The notes under the pieces: model-generated
Database searches by the model: none
The model's input: the letters and a program-made list of their open reading frames with translations, nothing else
Told to the model about the DNA's origin: nothing
Position numbers and translations under genes: made by a program
NCBI RefSeq assembly: GCF_001194135.2
Contig: NC_069001.1
Coordinates: 29,356,974-29,420,973 of the forward strand
Direction of reading: 5' to 3'
Source: Octopus bimaculoides
Taxonomy: Eukaryota
DNA length: 64,000 bases
Part shown: in pieces, positions 13,199-25,178 of the stretch
Position numbering within the stretch: position 1 is the stretch's first letter
Layout of the letters: the number at the start of each line of letters is the position of its first letter

Positions 13199-16100
13199 CT
13201 GTGTGTATGTCCGTCTGTCTGACTTTTTTGAGCAAAATTATTACACGAACATCGTACTGAAGGCCATTAGCTTGAATGCACCTATAACAATATAGCTCAC
13301 ATTGCAACACTTTCGCGCGGCTCAATAGTGGACAGCATTAACCCAATTGCCGCAAAGTGGCACCGAACGTGAACACCCGGTTAATTTGAGATTCTTAAAC
13401 ACTTAGACAAGCTTTCACCTATCCAACATTAACGGTATTAGACATATAACGCAGACCTTGAACATTTATGTATTTCTAAATACTAGCTTCATTGATACAT
13501 TACATTGCATCAAGAATGTTATGTTTTTAGTATAGATTCGTATGCCATCATCGTATCCCAATTACACAGTCTCTACCCGTTTGACACATGAAGCATTGTG
13601 TGTTATATTTTCAAGTGTAGTATATAATGGAGATATCACGTTTAAAATATTGTTAGTAATAGAAAAAAATATATATTTAGCATGTTAGTCCGTTGTTCGA
13701 TTACTCTCACAGTATGATGCTTGAATAGAGGTGAAAAATGTAAAAGAGATACATGTCTCTTCAAAAATATAAAAACAAAAAAATATGACAAAAAAATTGA
13801 AACGCTCCATTATCTTTACTAAAATGTTGGAACACAGACATAAAAAATATATACATAGACAAGCAATCCATACACGCGTGCCCACATATATATGTGCATA
13901 TGCGTACGTGTATATATATTTTATATATATATATATATGTGTATATGTATATATATATATATATATATACGTATATATATATATATACATATATATACAA
14001 GTATACATGTATATATATATATGTGTATATACATACACGGACACACACATTTACATATAGAACACATGACAAATGGCAAAATATCATTTTCACAATCATC
14101 TATAAAAGTACTCTGTAAAGAAAACTGTGATAAGACATATTTTCAGGTTTTTATAAACATAATAACACTAGATCTGTTCTATTGTATAATATCTCGAAAA
14201 TAGTGGGGAAAAAACCCCTTTCAAATGTAACTATCACAATAATTACAATATATGTCCTGTTTCCTTTGTTTTCAATAGTTCTCTAAAAATTCATACCATT
14301 AAATAATATCACTGTCTGCCTATACCACTGGTTGACAGTATTTCTCGTATCATTCTTTCTAAAGAGTATATTGTCTCCTATTATTGTATTATATTTATTC
14401 ATTTGTTAGCCACATTTCAGTTCGCATTACCGAGGCAGTACATTTGCATATGCTTATAATGTACAATAAATGTTTTTAAAATCTTGTTTCCCCATTGAAA
14501 ATAAGGTATGAGAGGTGGTACCCAATACTACGTATGTTTTCTTTAGTAACAGATATCTGTATAATGAGATATGAAGCACATCATGTCACATCTGTGAGAG
14601 AAAATTAGAAATATAAGCGAGATTGCGTAAGTTCGTGCTTGCTACCAAAACATTTGTGTGTGCGTCTCTTCAGAAACGTTTAATTGCAATTTGAATACAG
14701 TGTTACGTAACTTGAATTAAACCGCTTAAAACTTTTCTGAGGTAATGCAATGAAGGAACACTAAACGAATCAAGATATATCGTCCAACAAGGAATCCTTC
14801 ACATAATATAAATAGGGTTTCACGCCATATGGCTTTATATATATTCTGATAACATCGATTTAGACCGAAACTCCAGCTTACACCTCCTGTACTAGCTCCA
14901 GAATATATAATTTTCCTTGTCCTTAATGGTATATCAACATTATATAACCCGTGTTTATTAAAATGGTCTATCCTTGTTATGGGCTTCTTGTTTTATGTGA
15001 AAAGTGAGTTTTCTAACACATCCTCTAAATCTAGATATGATTTTAATATATCGAGAATATATATTGCATGGTAATTAATATGCACCTATTTGTCTTTGCG
15101 CCGTGTGTAAAACGTGGCGATGCACGTGGTTGAATGATTGTCATTATTAATAATATTGAGTGCAATGGCTAGAAGAAACACATCTAGGGGAGGTAACTCC
15201 GATGCTCTTAAGAGATAGCGTTCTCGTTTTATTGGCCATATTTGGTGTCTTATCTATATATCTATATAATATCTTGCACTTTTATACTTCTCTGTGACGC
15301 GTAAATGAGATTTGCTAGTCTCAACAATCCAGCAATGAAAAACTGTGATATGTAGTTCGCTTCAACCACGCCCAATATTTATCTATTTTACATTCTGCAC
15401 ATGTATGGTTTTAAAGTAAGTCCCAATTCGGCACAATGTACCTGCCTTGAACATATACTGCCGTCCTCTTAAACTTGAAGTATTTTAGTAAGCTTAACGT
15501 GAACCTGTATCACATTTTGTTTATGGTATTCTACTTTGCAGTTCGGATTTCGTTCTTTGAAGAATCATTAGTCCTATAAACGTAAACTATCACATTGTTA
15601 ATATTTTATGCAGCTTAGAATATAGATAAATGTAGAATATGATACAAAAAGCGAAACAAGAAATAACTGTGGCGGTGAATGGTCGTTTTAATGTTACAGA
15701 AATCTGTTGCAGTAAACATGCCAGCTGAGATTGTTTCATAGTATACAATACAAAACTGCAAAACATAAACAATGGCTGGTTAATGTAGCGATCAGTCAGT
15801 CTAGAAAAAAACTGATTCAGAACATGGATAGAAGGGAAGTTTTGAGAGACAATGTATTCATCAACTTCGCAATTAGCTACAGCATTTGCCACTGAGCAAA
15901 ACTTTTCGATGAATGTGTTCGGCGAATTAAGCATGTTTAGCATTCACAGAAACGGTCTCGGTTCCAGCTGCTGCAAACTTGATACTTCTGAAATTGATAA
16001 TGGAGTTGAATCAATAAACCAATACATGATTTATTCGACGTCACCCAAATAAGAAATATATCAATGTCCTGTCGTAGATCCAGATATGAATTGCATTCAA

Positions 16101-16384
16101 CTGTGCAGGTAAAGTTGACCTGCAATTAGTCGTCCCAACTCAACATTCACTAAATTTTAAGAATGCAACTTCAATGACAAGAGAACTATGAATGATTCAG
16201 AGCGTAGATCGTCCTGTGATTATGATAACAAATTTGAAATATGAAGTAGAATCCAACCTGTATTAAAATTGTACTCAGCCGAATATGGATATCATTCATA
16301 ACTTGAACGTCGATTCGGTGTGCTTGAAAACACAACTATTTGTGCAAAGCAGGTTGTATGGTAAATCATCAAATAGATAAGTTT

Positions 16385-16462
16385 CACTGGTATTTAATTT
16401 AACGACCCTGAAAGGATGAAACGTAAAGTTGACCACAACGGAATTTGAAGTCAGAACATAAG
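16385..16462 (-). mobile_element. SINE family C fragment
   Basis: gaccctgaaaggatgaaacgtaaagttgaccacaacggaatttgaagtcagaac is a degenerate match to 56228-56280. Confidence 0.6.
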
Positions 16463-16582
16463 TTATCCTTACCTTTGTCTTGTTTAAATGAAAGTGACAT
16501 CAAAGATAAAAAGAGTGGCGAAACACACACACACATCACACACGCATGTACACACACAAGCATATATACGCGTGTATATGCG

Positions 16583-16636
16583 TAGTGGGACTGAACCTAG
16601 AACCATGTGGTTGAGAAGCAAGCTTCGCCAGCCAAG
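16583..16636 (-). mobile_element. SINE family B head fragment
   Basis: agtgggactgaacctagaaccatgtggttgagaagcaagcttc is the reverse complement of the head at 21078-21120. Confidence 0.7.
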
Positions 16637-16673
16637 TTTTTAAGACGTGCAAGCAGCACCTTGAAATGCACTT

Positions 16674-16810
16674 CCATAAAGTAAGAGAATTGGCTAATAT
16701 TTCGTTCGATTTTTGTTTCTGTGGCATTGATTTAGATCCCAAATAATCCCTCTGAGCAGATGGATATGAGGTTCCCCTAGTACACCTACTCATGACCAGA
16801 GATGCACATA
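16674..16810 (-). repeat. Fragment of the 60487-61044 element plus unique flank, duplicated at 19340-19473
   Basis: Alignment by eye to 19340-19473; the right part is reverse-complementary to 60668-60740. Confidence 0.75.
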
Positions 16811-16879
16811 ATGCTATGCTGGGTTTCCGTTTTAACAAGTTGCATCAAATGAATAAACCCCAGTATTTGTTTTGAAGCC

Positions 16880-17118
16880 TGGCGATTATCAACCAATCTT
16901 TTGTGAATGATACACAAACACAGACATACACGAACACGCACTCACACACACACAGATAAACACGACGGGTTCCTTTTATTTTGCGTCTAAAAAACCCATT
17001 CACATGTATTTGGCCGGAGAGTGTTCATCGTAATAAAACAATTACGCAAGGTGACATGGAGTGGTGTTGAATATGGATCGATATTATTGGGAAGGAAGTT
17101 TCTTACCACACAACTGAG
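16880..17118 (-). mobile_element. Decayed SINE family B
   Basis: cacgacgggttccttttattttgcgtct...cattcaca...ggaaggaagtttcttaccacacaact, with an internal (CA)n. Confidence 0.5.
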
Positions 17119-18012
17119 ACTAGCCTCCTCACGTTTTTTTTTTTATTCATAGCTAAACCGAATATTGTCTCACTCTATGAAAATTCTCAATGTCTTATTC
17201 AGACGTAAGAGAGCTTGGCGTAACCATTGGAACAGTAATACTTTTATCACACTTGTGTTTATAGCTTGGAAGCTAAACAATACCTATAGTTAAAACGATA
17301 ATTATATTTTCTACGAAGACATGTTTTCAAATTATATCTTCACTTCTCCACAAATACACGGATTAAGCAATCTCTGACACTTAACATGTTAAAGTAGCTG
17401 TCACTTAAACGTGAAGTAAGTTTGTTTCTAAACGTATATTATTTTAATTTCGTTCCTCTTCTTGAACTGAAATTTCAAATTGATAATGTTATCTATCAGA
17501 GGGATTCTATGCAAATAATTGTCTTCATACGGAGCCAGTCAATATATTCCGTTGGCGACAGTAATATGATATAAACATCAAGTTGTGCTTGCGCACGATT
17601 ACGTGAACAAAATATGTTGATACTTACACTTTCGCACGCATCCGCGCACACACACAAACGACACACAAACATAAGTAGAGATTTATCTACATATATGTGT
17701 GTATACCTGTGTGTGTCTGTGTGTGCGTGTGTGTATATGTATCATATTGTAATTTCACGCAAAATATAATGAATGACATAAGACGCCATCAATATTATAA
17801 CCCGAAACAAAATACTGCGTGTCAACTAATAGGGCGCCATTCTCTTACACGTCTAGCACACTGTTAGTGAGTGTAGTAATCAATATTAAATTCTACCTTC
17901 AGTCAGTGTGTTCCTCAGGCTGTATTTTACTCGATTTGAAGGTGCTTGAGTATAGAGTAGAAACCTCCACTTTGAACGAATTGACGATCAGTGGCATTTT
18001 AAGCTGTAACGC

Positions 18013-18190
18013 AGAAGATGTACTCAGTTTCACATCGGTGTATTGAAATAACGTGATAATGACGTACCCTATTCAGAGGCACAACAGATAACCTGTTTAA
18101 GAAGATCATATTTAGCCAACGTGTCTCTGAATAGGATACGGCATTATCAGGTTATTTAAATACACCAATATGAAACTGAGTACATCTTCT
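18013..18190. repeat. 70-bp inverted repeat with 38-nt loop (MITE-like hairpin)
   Basis: Arms 18013-18082 and 18121-18190, 7 mismatches by manual alignment; CGC on both flanks. Confidence 0.9.
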
Positions 18191-18310
18191 CGCTAAATGT
18201 TAACCGATAATGTGAATATTTTAGGAATATTACGTGAATATTTTGTGAATATTGCAGATATTTTTATAAGTAAGTGGGTTTTTTCTCGTACATCATTTGT
18301 GATAAATTGA

Positions 18311-18520
18311 AGTCGGTGCGCTAGCAGAAGCGTTCGCCCGCCGGGTAAAACGTTTAGCGGTATATCGTCCGTCCATATGTTCTCAGCTTAAATTCCGCCG
18401 AGGTCAACTCTGCTTGTCATACTTTCGAGCTGGATATAATAAATACATGTGAAGCACTGTGGTCGATGTACGCGACTCTCCCCGAGCTTGCTAACCTTGT
18501 GCCAAAATATGAAACCATTA
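18311..18520 (+). mobile_element. SINE family C, decayed full-length copy
   Basis: gctagcagaagcgttcgcccgccgggtaaaacgtttagcgg...aaattccgccgaggtcaac...ccttgtgccaaaatatgaaacc. Confidence 0.75.
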
Positions 18521-19339
18521 TTTATGAGAAATTGAAGATACATAGCTTAGACATCGTAAGGTCGTAAGTACTATTCTCGGCGGTGCTGTGGCCTGGAGGA
18601 AGACGCTTCATTTAACGTTGTTCCAGCTCACTCGGCGAGCAAGAATGAGTAGTACTTGTTATTCAAACAGCCAGACTTATCAAATTCGGTGTCTCGCTGA
18701 ATCTCCTTGGGAACTAAATTAACGGTAAGCGTGTCTCTTTTGTTGCAAACTACGATATGGAGGCATGCGTACGTATAAATATACATATGCATATATTCAA
18801 CTATAATTTAGAATGTAGTTTTTGTCCTTTCTAATTATCACTTTGTTTATGATAGCTTTCTTAAACCCATTATATTTTTCTCCCCTACAAATATATTGGA
18901 ATATGATTTCACCTAACGTTTGTCTAGTGTAGCAATGACGTATTCTTTAATAATGATATAGACGTATTTGCTGATTTACTGCTTTTTGTCTTGTTTACAT
19001 TTCAAAATCAGCCTTGATGATGCATAATAAAGACGAGCCCTGAGGACGCATCGTCAAGATCAAAAGATTTTCTTTGGTCCGTATCGATCAGTTTGGGATA
19101 GATATTATGAATATATAATTTTCTTTTATATTTGTAACTGTATTGTATCACTTTCAGGGGAAGATGTGAACCATTTCGACATGTGCGATCGCTAATCTTC
19201 AAATTAGTATCCGCATAATGACAATCGTAGACAACGATATAATGTTTATTTATATATTTGCTTAGAGATCTTATTGAAACATAACACTGTGTAAGAAGCG
19301 TTTCTGTTTTGGGTAGGAAATATTATTTTCCCTCACCCT

Positions 19340-19560
19340 ATAAAGTATGAGAATTGGGTAATATTTCGTTCGAAATTTGTTTCTGTGGCATTAATTTACA
19401 TTCAAAAGAATCCCTCTGAACACATGGCTATGAAGTTCCCCTAGTACATCTGCTCATGACTAGAGATACACATATTGTCAGTCACTAAGTGGCTTGCTGA
19501 AATAGTTAAGATCAGGCAACTAACACGAAAATACGGCCTACTCAGCATAATATTTCTATA
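19340..19560 (-). repeat. Decayed partial copy of the 60487-61044 element
   Basis: gaatccctctgaacacatggctatga...cacatattgtcagtcactaag...cagcataatattt aligns to the reverse complement of 60585-60740. Confidence 0.7.
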
Positions 19561-21070
19561 ATGATATTTCTACTTCAGTAACTCAACTCTGAATCTATCT
19601 GAAATGTAATGTAAAATAGGTCAGTCTCAAAAGATGTGATATGCAAGTCACAAAAGCAAAGTTTGAAGGGAATAGAAGCCATTTACTTTGAATTCTAGAT
19701 AGAATCAAATAAGAAATAACACTTAATGAACAAAGACAAACAAAACAAAAATGTTACGATAGTATTTGCGTTACAGCTCATCATACTCGTGACATGGAAC
19801 ACATTACGGTCGAAATCAAGTAACCCTGTCTGCATTCAAGAAAGGAGTAGTTTTACCTGATTTAAGTCAAAGAAAACTGGAAGAAAATGTAATGTTTTGA
19901 ATCATATTACTTTAATCTAGGACGATAATATACACGCCCCATGATTAATGATTCATTTACACAGTGGTTTTCTAAAATACTAGCATGTTAAGTAGATGGC
20001 AAAAATAATTTGTAACTTGCGTATTTGAAGGAGAATAATATATTCAAGTGTTTACTTGTGAACGGAATTTAAAAGTCGGAATACAGTATTATCTGTGCGG
20101 CTTACACGCACCTGGTTGAACTAATTTATTGCGAAGCACGTATACAGCCGATGAACATATCTAAAGATATGAGACAGATCCTGATAGATACGATATGAAA
20201 CACTTTGCATTAAATATTGGAACTCAACGGCAAGCTCCAAATATCGTACTGCTAGTTAACACATAAGATTTTACCGATAACGTTGCAATCAATATCTCTT
20301 GATATACCCAAGAGGAAACAAAAAAAAAGATACCAAGACTAAAGGCGATGTATTATATAAATGCTCATTATATCTTGTGTGGATATTTTCAAAAGTGTTC
20401 GTATAGGAATTTAAAGGAATGGGGAATGTTATCTGGAATAAAATAATGCCAGAAGACCATATATAACTTGAGAACGATTACCACAGCTGCAAACTGCAAA
20501 GAGTGAAATAGTGAAATTATTTTAGTCGTTTTGCAGCAGCGCCATAAACTATGATGTTATTCCATTATGCATGAGGAAACAGATTTTTATGTATATACAA
20601 CTTCTCAAGATGTCTGGAAATGTGATAATTTAGTTCTATATTTCCAAATGATTACGTGAAAGTGACATCAAAGATAAAAAGAGTGGCGAAAATATATACG
20701 CAAGAAATAAACATTTCTCGAAAAGTGAAGTTGTTTCTCCCGTTCTTACTCCAATGAAAACGGCGTACGGAGCAGACGCAGTGAGGCAATGCTTCAAGGC
20801 TGTTACTATCTCTGCTAAAAAGATGTGTGAAATATCTCTCTCATTACACATAACAGTTCTCATTTTTCTTTCGCATTCAACTTACATGCTATCGCCGATC
20901 CAGAGGACAACTGAATGTGGCACGTGAGCAAAGAAAAGTAGTGGTACGTTATTTACAATAGAATCGGACACCAACAGGAACTGTCCTACCCATAGCAGTT
21001 GCTTGTCAAATATCCACATGTCATCATTTAATAGGTGCACTGAAGATATGTGTGGAGGTGAATTTCAAAG

Positions 21071-21378
21071 TGCTGGTGAAGCTTGCGTCTCAACCACATG
21101 GTTCTAGGTTCAGTCCCACTACCTGTCAAAGTGGGCAAATGTCTCTGACTATAGCTTCTGGCCGACCAAAGCCTTACAACTGGATTTGGTAGAAGGAAAC
21201 TGAAAGAAGCCCTTGCATATACACACATACATATACGTTTGTGTGTGTGCCTAGGTGTGTGTGTGTGTTTGTATATCTTTGTGTCTATCTCGCAGCTTCG
21301 CTTGCCCACTAATGATAGTTTGTTTACTTCGCAGTAACAGCAAAAGAGACCTAGTAGAATAAGTCCCAGACTTAAAAA
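21071..21378 (+). mobile_element. SINE family B (tRNA head, CORE-like gggcaaatgtc segment, internal (TG)n)
   Basis: gaagcttgcgtctcaaccacatggttctaggttcagtcccact...gccgaccaaagcctt...tggatttggtagaaggaaactgaaagaagccc...caaaagagacc...aataagt. Confidence 0.8.
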
Positions 21379-21409
21379 AGAAAATTACTATACACACATA
21401 TATATGCAT

Positions 21410-21509
21410 NNNNNNNNNNNNNNNNNNNNNNNNNNNNNNNNNNNNNNNNNNNNNNNNNNNNNNNNNNNNNNNNNNNNNNNNNNNNNNNNNNNNNNNNNNN
21501 NNNNNNNNN
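21410..21509. other. Assembly gap (100 N, size probably unknown), likely hiding a family A SINE body
   Basis: The right edge runs directly into a family A head. Confidence 0.9.
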
Positions 21510-21578
21510 TGGGAATCGAAACCGCGATCCTATGACCGCGTGTCCGCTGCCCTAGCCACCGGGCCATTGCGTCCCCAC
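21510..21578 (-). mobile_element. SINE family A head, body lost in the gap
   Basis: gggaatcgaaaccgcgatcctatgaccgcgtgtccgctgccctagccaccgggccattgcgtccccac aligns to 13003-13070. Confidence 0.85.
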
Positions 21579-21762
21579 TTATATATATACATATTTATAA
21601 TACAAATGGCACTAAATGTCTCTCGGGTGTTAGGAAACTCCTACATTGCTAGAAAAGTCACATTTAGTGACATATGTAATTCTCGTTTTTGGAGAAACAT
21701 TGCTATCTGGTGTTTATATTAATGTGTGTGTGGGTGTGTGTGTGTGTGTCTCTGTGTGTGTG

Positions 21763-21794
<32 letters not shown>

Positions 21795-22861
21795 GGAGAT
21801 TTAGCGAGGCGATAGATATGCAGCCGGTATATAAATATCATGTCCCCTCGATTACTGTGAACAAGACCATTTAAATGAGGATGTTTAGGTTAAGTTGAAA
21901 GTTTTCTATTTCCCTTTCGGCATTTGAATTTCGCCTTGGAAGATTTAATAAACCAAATTGAGCCCCAATACTTATTTTATTGCTTGCGAAGTGATGGGGA
22001 GAGAATCACAAAGTCTCACACATACATATGTCTACACGCACAGGTCAAAACACACAAAAGACATTCCGTGTACCTTATCCAGTCGCGAGATGTCATTCAT
22101 TGAGTTGTCCATGATCCAAAAATAGTTAACTAAACCGGAAACTTTATAGCACAGGAACGATTTCTTTAGCCACGTATCTACGAAAATGAATAGAATACTA
22201 GACAGCATGTCAGTATAAAAACACTCACTATCATTAATTTATATATAAATAACTGTAAGATATTTGTGAGAGTAATAAAATTGTAATGTACTTGAGATTT
22301 AACGTTAATAATTGCAGTTTATTGCAAAATAATTAGTATAGTGGAATGTTTGTTCAATCATCAATCTATATAAAACGACACGTAATATTTTGTAATATAA
22401 GTAATTCGTCTTGATAAGCTTTTATGATATAGAAAATATTTAATGGAATACGGTACAATGTAGCATTTGTTTAATTAATGGTTTGTAATTGTGTTTATGT
22501 ATTTGAGTTAAAATTAATATTTGATGCATAACAGTTGATTATAAGTGTATTTTCGAGTAGATATATTCTTAATGTGTTTTTCTTGATATTCCACATATGT
22601 GGCGAATGAGTTAATAATTAGTGTAGTAGGATACATAGACAATCTATCGATCGTGTTAAGATAAACAGATCCTGTGTGATTTCATAGAATAATGGAATGT
22701 TGCATCTCCATATTCACCAATGTTAGTTTTAGGAACATTTGATATATATATTAAAGGTTTAAAGTGAGAAATAAGGTGTATATGTTAGAATAACGCCGGG
22801 AAAGAATGATTTTAATATAAACCTATAGAACGATCACTTGATAACTGTCAGCTTACGTTGA

Positions 22862-24001
22862 ATGGAAGGATTCACTTACCTAAGGATTCTGCGAATACCT
22901 GAATATTATATTAGATAATACATAGGTATATCTCAAAGGGATGAAGGTTAACATAAATTTCAATTATATAGTAATTACATAAAGTCTTACTATTTATTGA
23001 ATAGTGTAAATGGACAGGAGACCTGTTGATTAGAAAAGCTATAAATTGATGGCTCCGTATTGCATTAGATATTTTGGTTGCTGCACGACCTGAGATTCAT
23101 TCTCACTCTAAACCCTACAACCTTTTGATCCAACAGCAATTGTTGCTTTTCAATGCCTTGTCATACACAGATGTTCAGCCTCTATGCTTCCTCAGGTCGT
23201 CTGTCAACCGAACGTTCTACCCTTAAGATTGGATTAAATTACTCTTTCATCATCTGACACGTCATTAGCTAATGCAAACCATCCTTTTCCGGTAACTATT
23301 GCAAATTCACAAACTGCAAATAGATTTTCGAATTTTGGCACAACGCCAGTAGTTTCGGAGAAGGGCATGAGTCGGTTACATATAGAGTAGTGCTAAATTC
23401 TTTCCTATTTTATTGATATCAAAAGGATGAAAGACGAAGACAACCTCAGCAAAATGTTAACACACAGCATTAAAAAAAAAACCGACAAAATGCCGTTAAA
23501 CTTTTTGCCTGCTGTTCTAGCTTGCCACCTTTAAGAATGAGATAACAATACCTACGGCAAAATGCAAACATAACTACACAGTCTTTAAAGGATTATCACA
23601 TCAAAAAGCATCAATGGTCCAGGTATGTATCTGAAGTGAAACACACGAAAGCACTATTAGTTACGACCTGAGGAAGCATAGAGGCTGAAAATCTGTGTAT
23701 GACAAGGCATTGAAAAGCAACAATTGCTGTTGGATCAAAAGGTTGTAGGGTTTAGAGTGAGAATGAATCTCAGGTCGTGCAGCAACCACAATATTTAATG
23801 CAATACGGAGAGATCAATTTATAGCTTTTCTTATCAACAGGTCTCCTGTCCATTTACACTATTCAATAAATAGTAAGACTTTATGTAATTACTATATAAT
23901 TGAAATTTATGTTAACCTTCATCCCTTTGAGATATACCTATGTATTATCTAATATAATATTCAGGTATTCGCAGAATCCTTAGGTAAATAAATCCTTCCA
24001 T
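22862..24001. repeat. Long inverted repeat: 339-bp arms, 462-bp spacer
   Basis: Arms 22862-23200 and 23663-24001; 8 mismatches and no indels by manual alignment. Confidence 0.95.
23325..23470 (-). mobile_element. Decayed SINE family C in the spacer of the long inverted repeat
   Basis: ttttcgaattttggcacaacgccagtagtttcggagaaggg...aaaaggatgaaagacgaagacaacctcagcaaaat. Confidence 0.6.
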
Positions 24002-24555
24002 CTGAGACGTGAAGCAGGATTATTTTTCACTATAGGAATAACTATCCTGTCACTGATACCAAAGTATATTTATCCGTACACAAACAATCTGATGTCGTAT
24101 TTATTTAAACGAAGAAATAATTTGTTGCAAGAATACGATACGTTTGCTCAGATATTGCAATATAATACATTGATATGCTTCGGAAAGAGTTTCCGAACCC
24201 ACATCTCGCATTATCTTAACTAACTTTGTATGTTTCGAGTATGTTTAGTGTATATGCGATTTTGTTATGTATGGCGGGATGCTGAATTTTTAAAGTAATT
24301 TGCGAGGAAGGAACAAATGTTGGATTACAGCAAAAAAAAAAAAAAAATGATAATAATAATTGAATGATATCATTCTAAAGTTATCGATCGTCACACAATT
24401 GAAAACTTCAATTCTTTCACTTTATTCAAAAAGCATTTCCAGTTTTTCGCTATTAATGTAATAATCAAACAGCCTTGTTCTCACTGTGGATATACATACA
24501 TATAAATATATATATATATATACTTATATATATATATATATGCATATATATATAT

Positions 24556-25094
24556 NNNNNNNNNNNNNNNNNNNNNNNNNNNNNNNNNNNNNNNNNNNNN
24601 NNNNNNNNNNNNNNNNNNNNNNNNNNNNNNNNNNNNNNNNNNNNNNNNNNNNNNNNNNNNNNNNNNNNNNNNNNNNNNNNNNNNNNNNNNNNNNNNNNNN
24701 NNNNNNNNNNNNNNNNNNNNNNNNNNNNNNNNNNNNNNNNNNNNNNNNNNNNNNNNNNNNNNNNNNNNNNNNNNNNNNNNNNNNNNNNNNNNNNNNNNNN
24801 NNNNNNNNNNNNNNNNNNNNNNNNNNNNNNNNNNNNNNNNNNNNNNNNNNNNNNNNNNNNNNNNNNNNNNNNNNNNNNNNNNNNNNNNNNNNNNNNNNNN
24901 NNNNNNNNNNNNNNNNNNNNNNNNNNNNNNNNNNNNNNNNNNNNNNNNNNNNNNNNNNNNNNNNNNNNNNNNNNNNNNNNNNNNNNNNNNNNNNNNNNNN
25001 NNNNNNNNNNNNNNNNNNNNNNNNNNNNNNNNNNNNNNNNNNNNNNNNNNNNNNNNNNNNNNNNNNNNNNNNNNNNNNNNNNNNNNNNNNNNNN
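24556..25094. other. Assembly gap (N)
   Basis: N run between (TA)n tracts. Confidence 0.99.
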
Positions 25095-25128
25095 ATATAT
25101 ATGCAACTGGAGATATATAGATATGAAT

Positions 25129-25178
<50 letters not shown>

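Noticed and set aside
20750-20814. Candidate exon AEIVTALKHCLTASAPYAVFIG with tttttag acceptor and GTAAGA donor
   Set aside because: The opposite strand reads MKTAYGADAV, resembling a mariner N-terminus, and its only phase-compatible partner was the rejected CR1 segment. Ambiguous.
23668-23690. Hammerhead-like core CTGAGGA-AGC-ATAGAG-GCT-GAAA in the long inverted repeat
   Set aside because: No stem III with an NUH cleavage triplet can be built in type I or III topology, and the other arm has GAAC.
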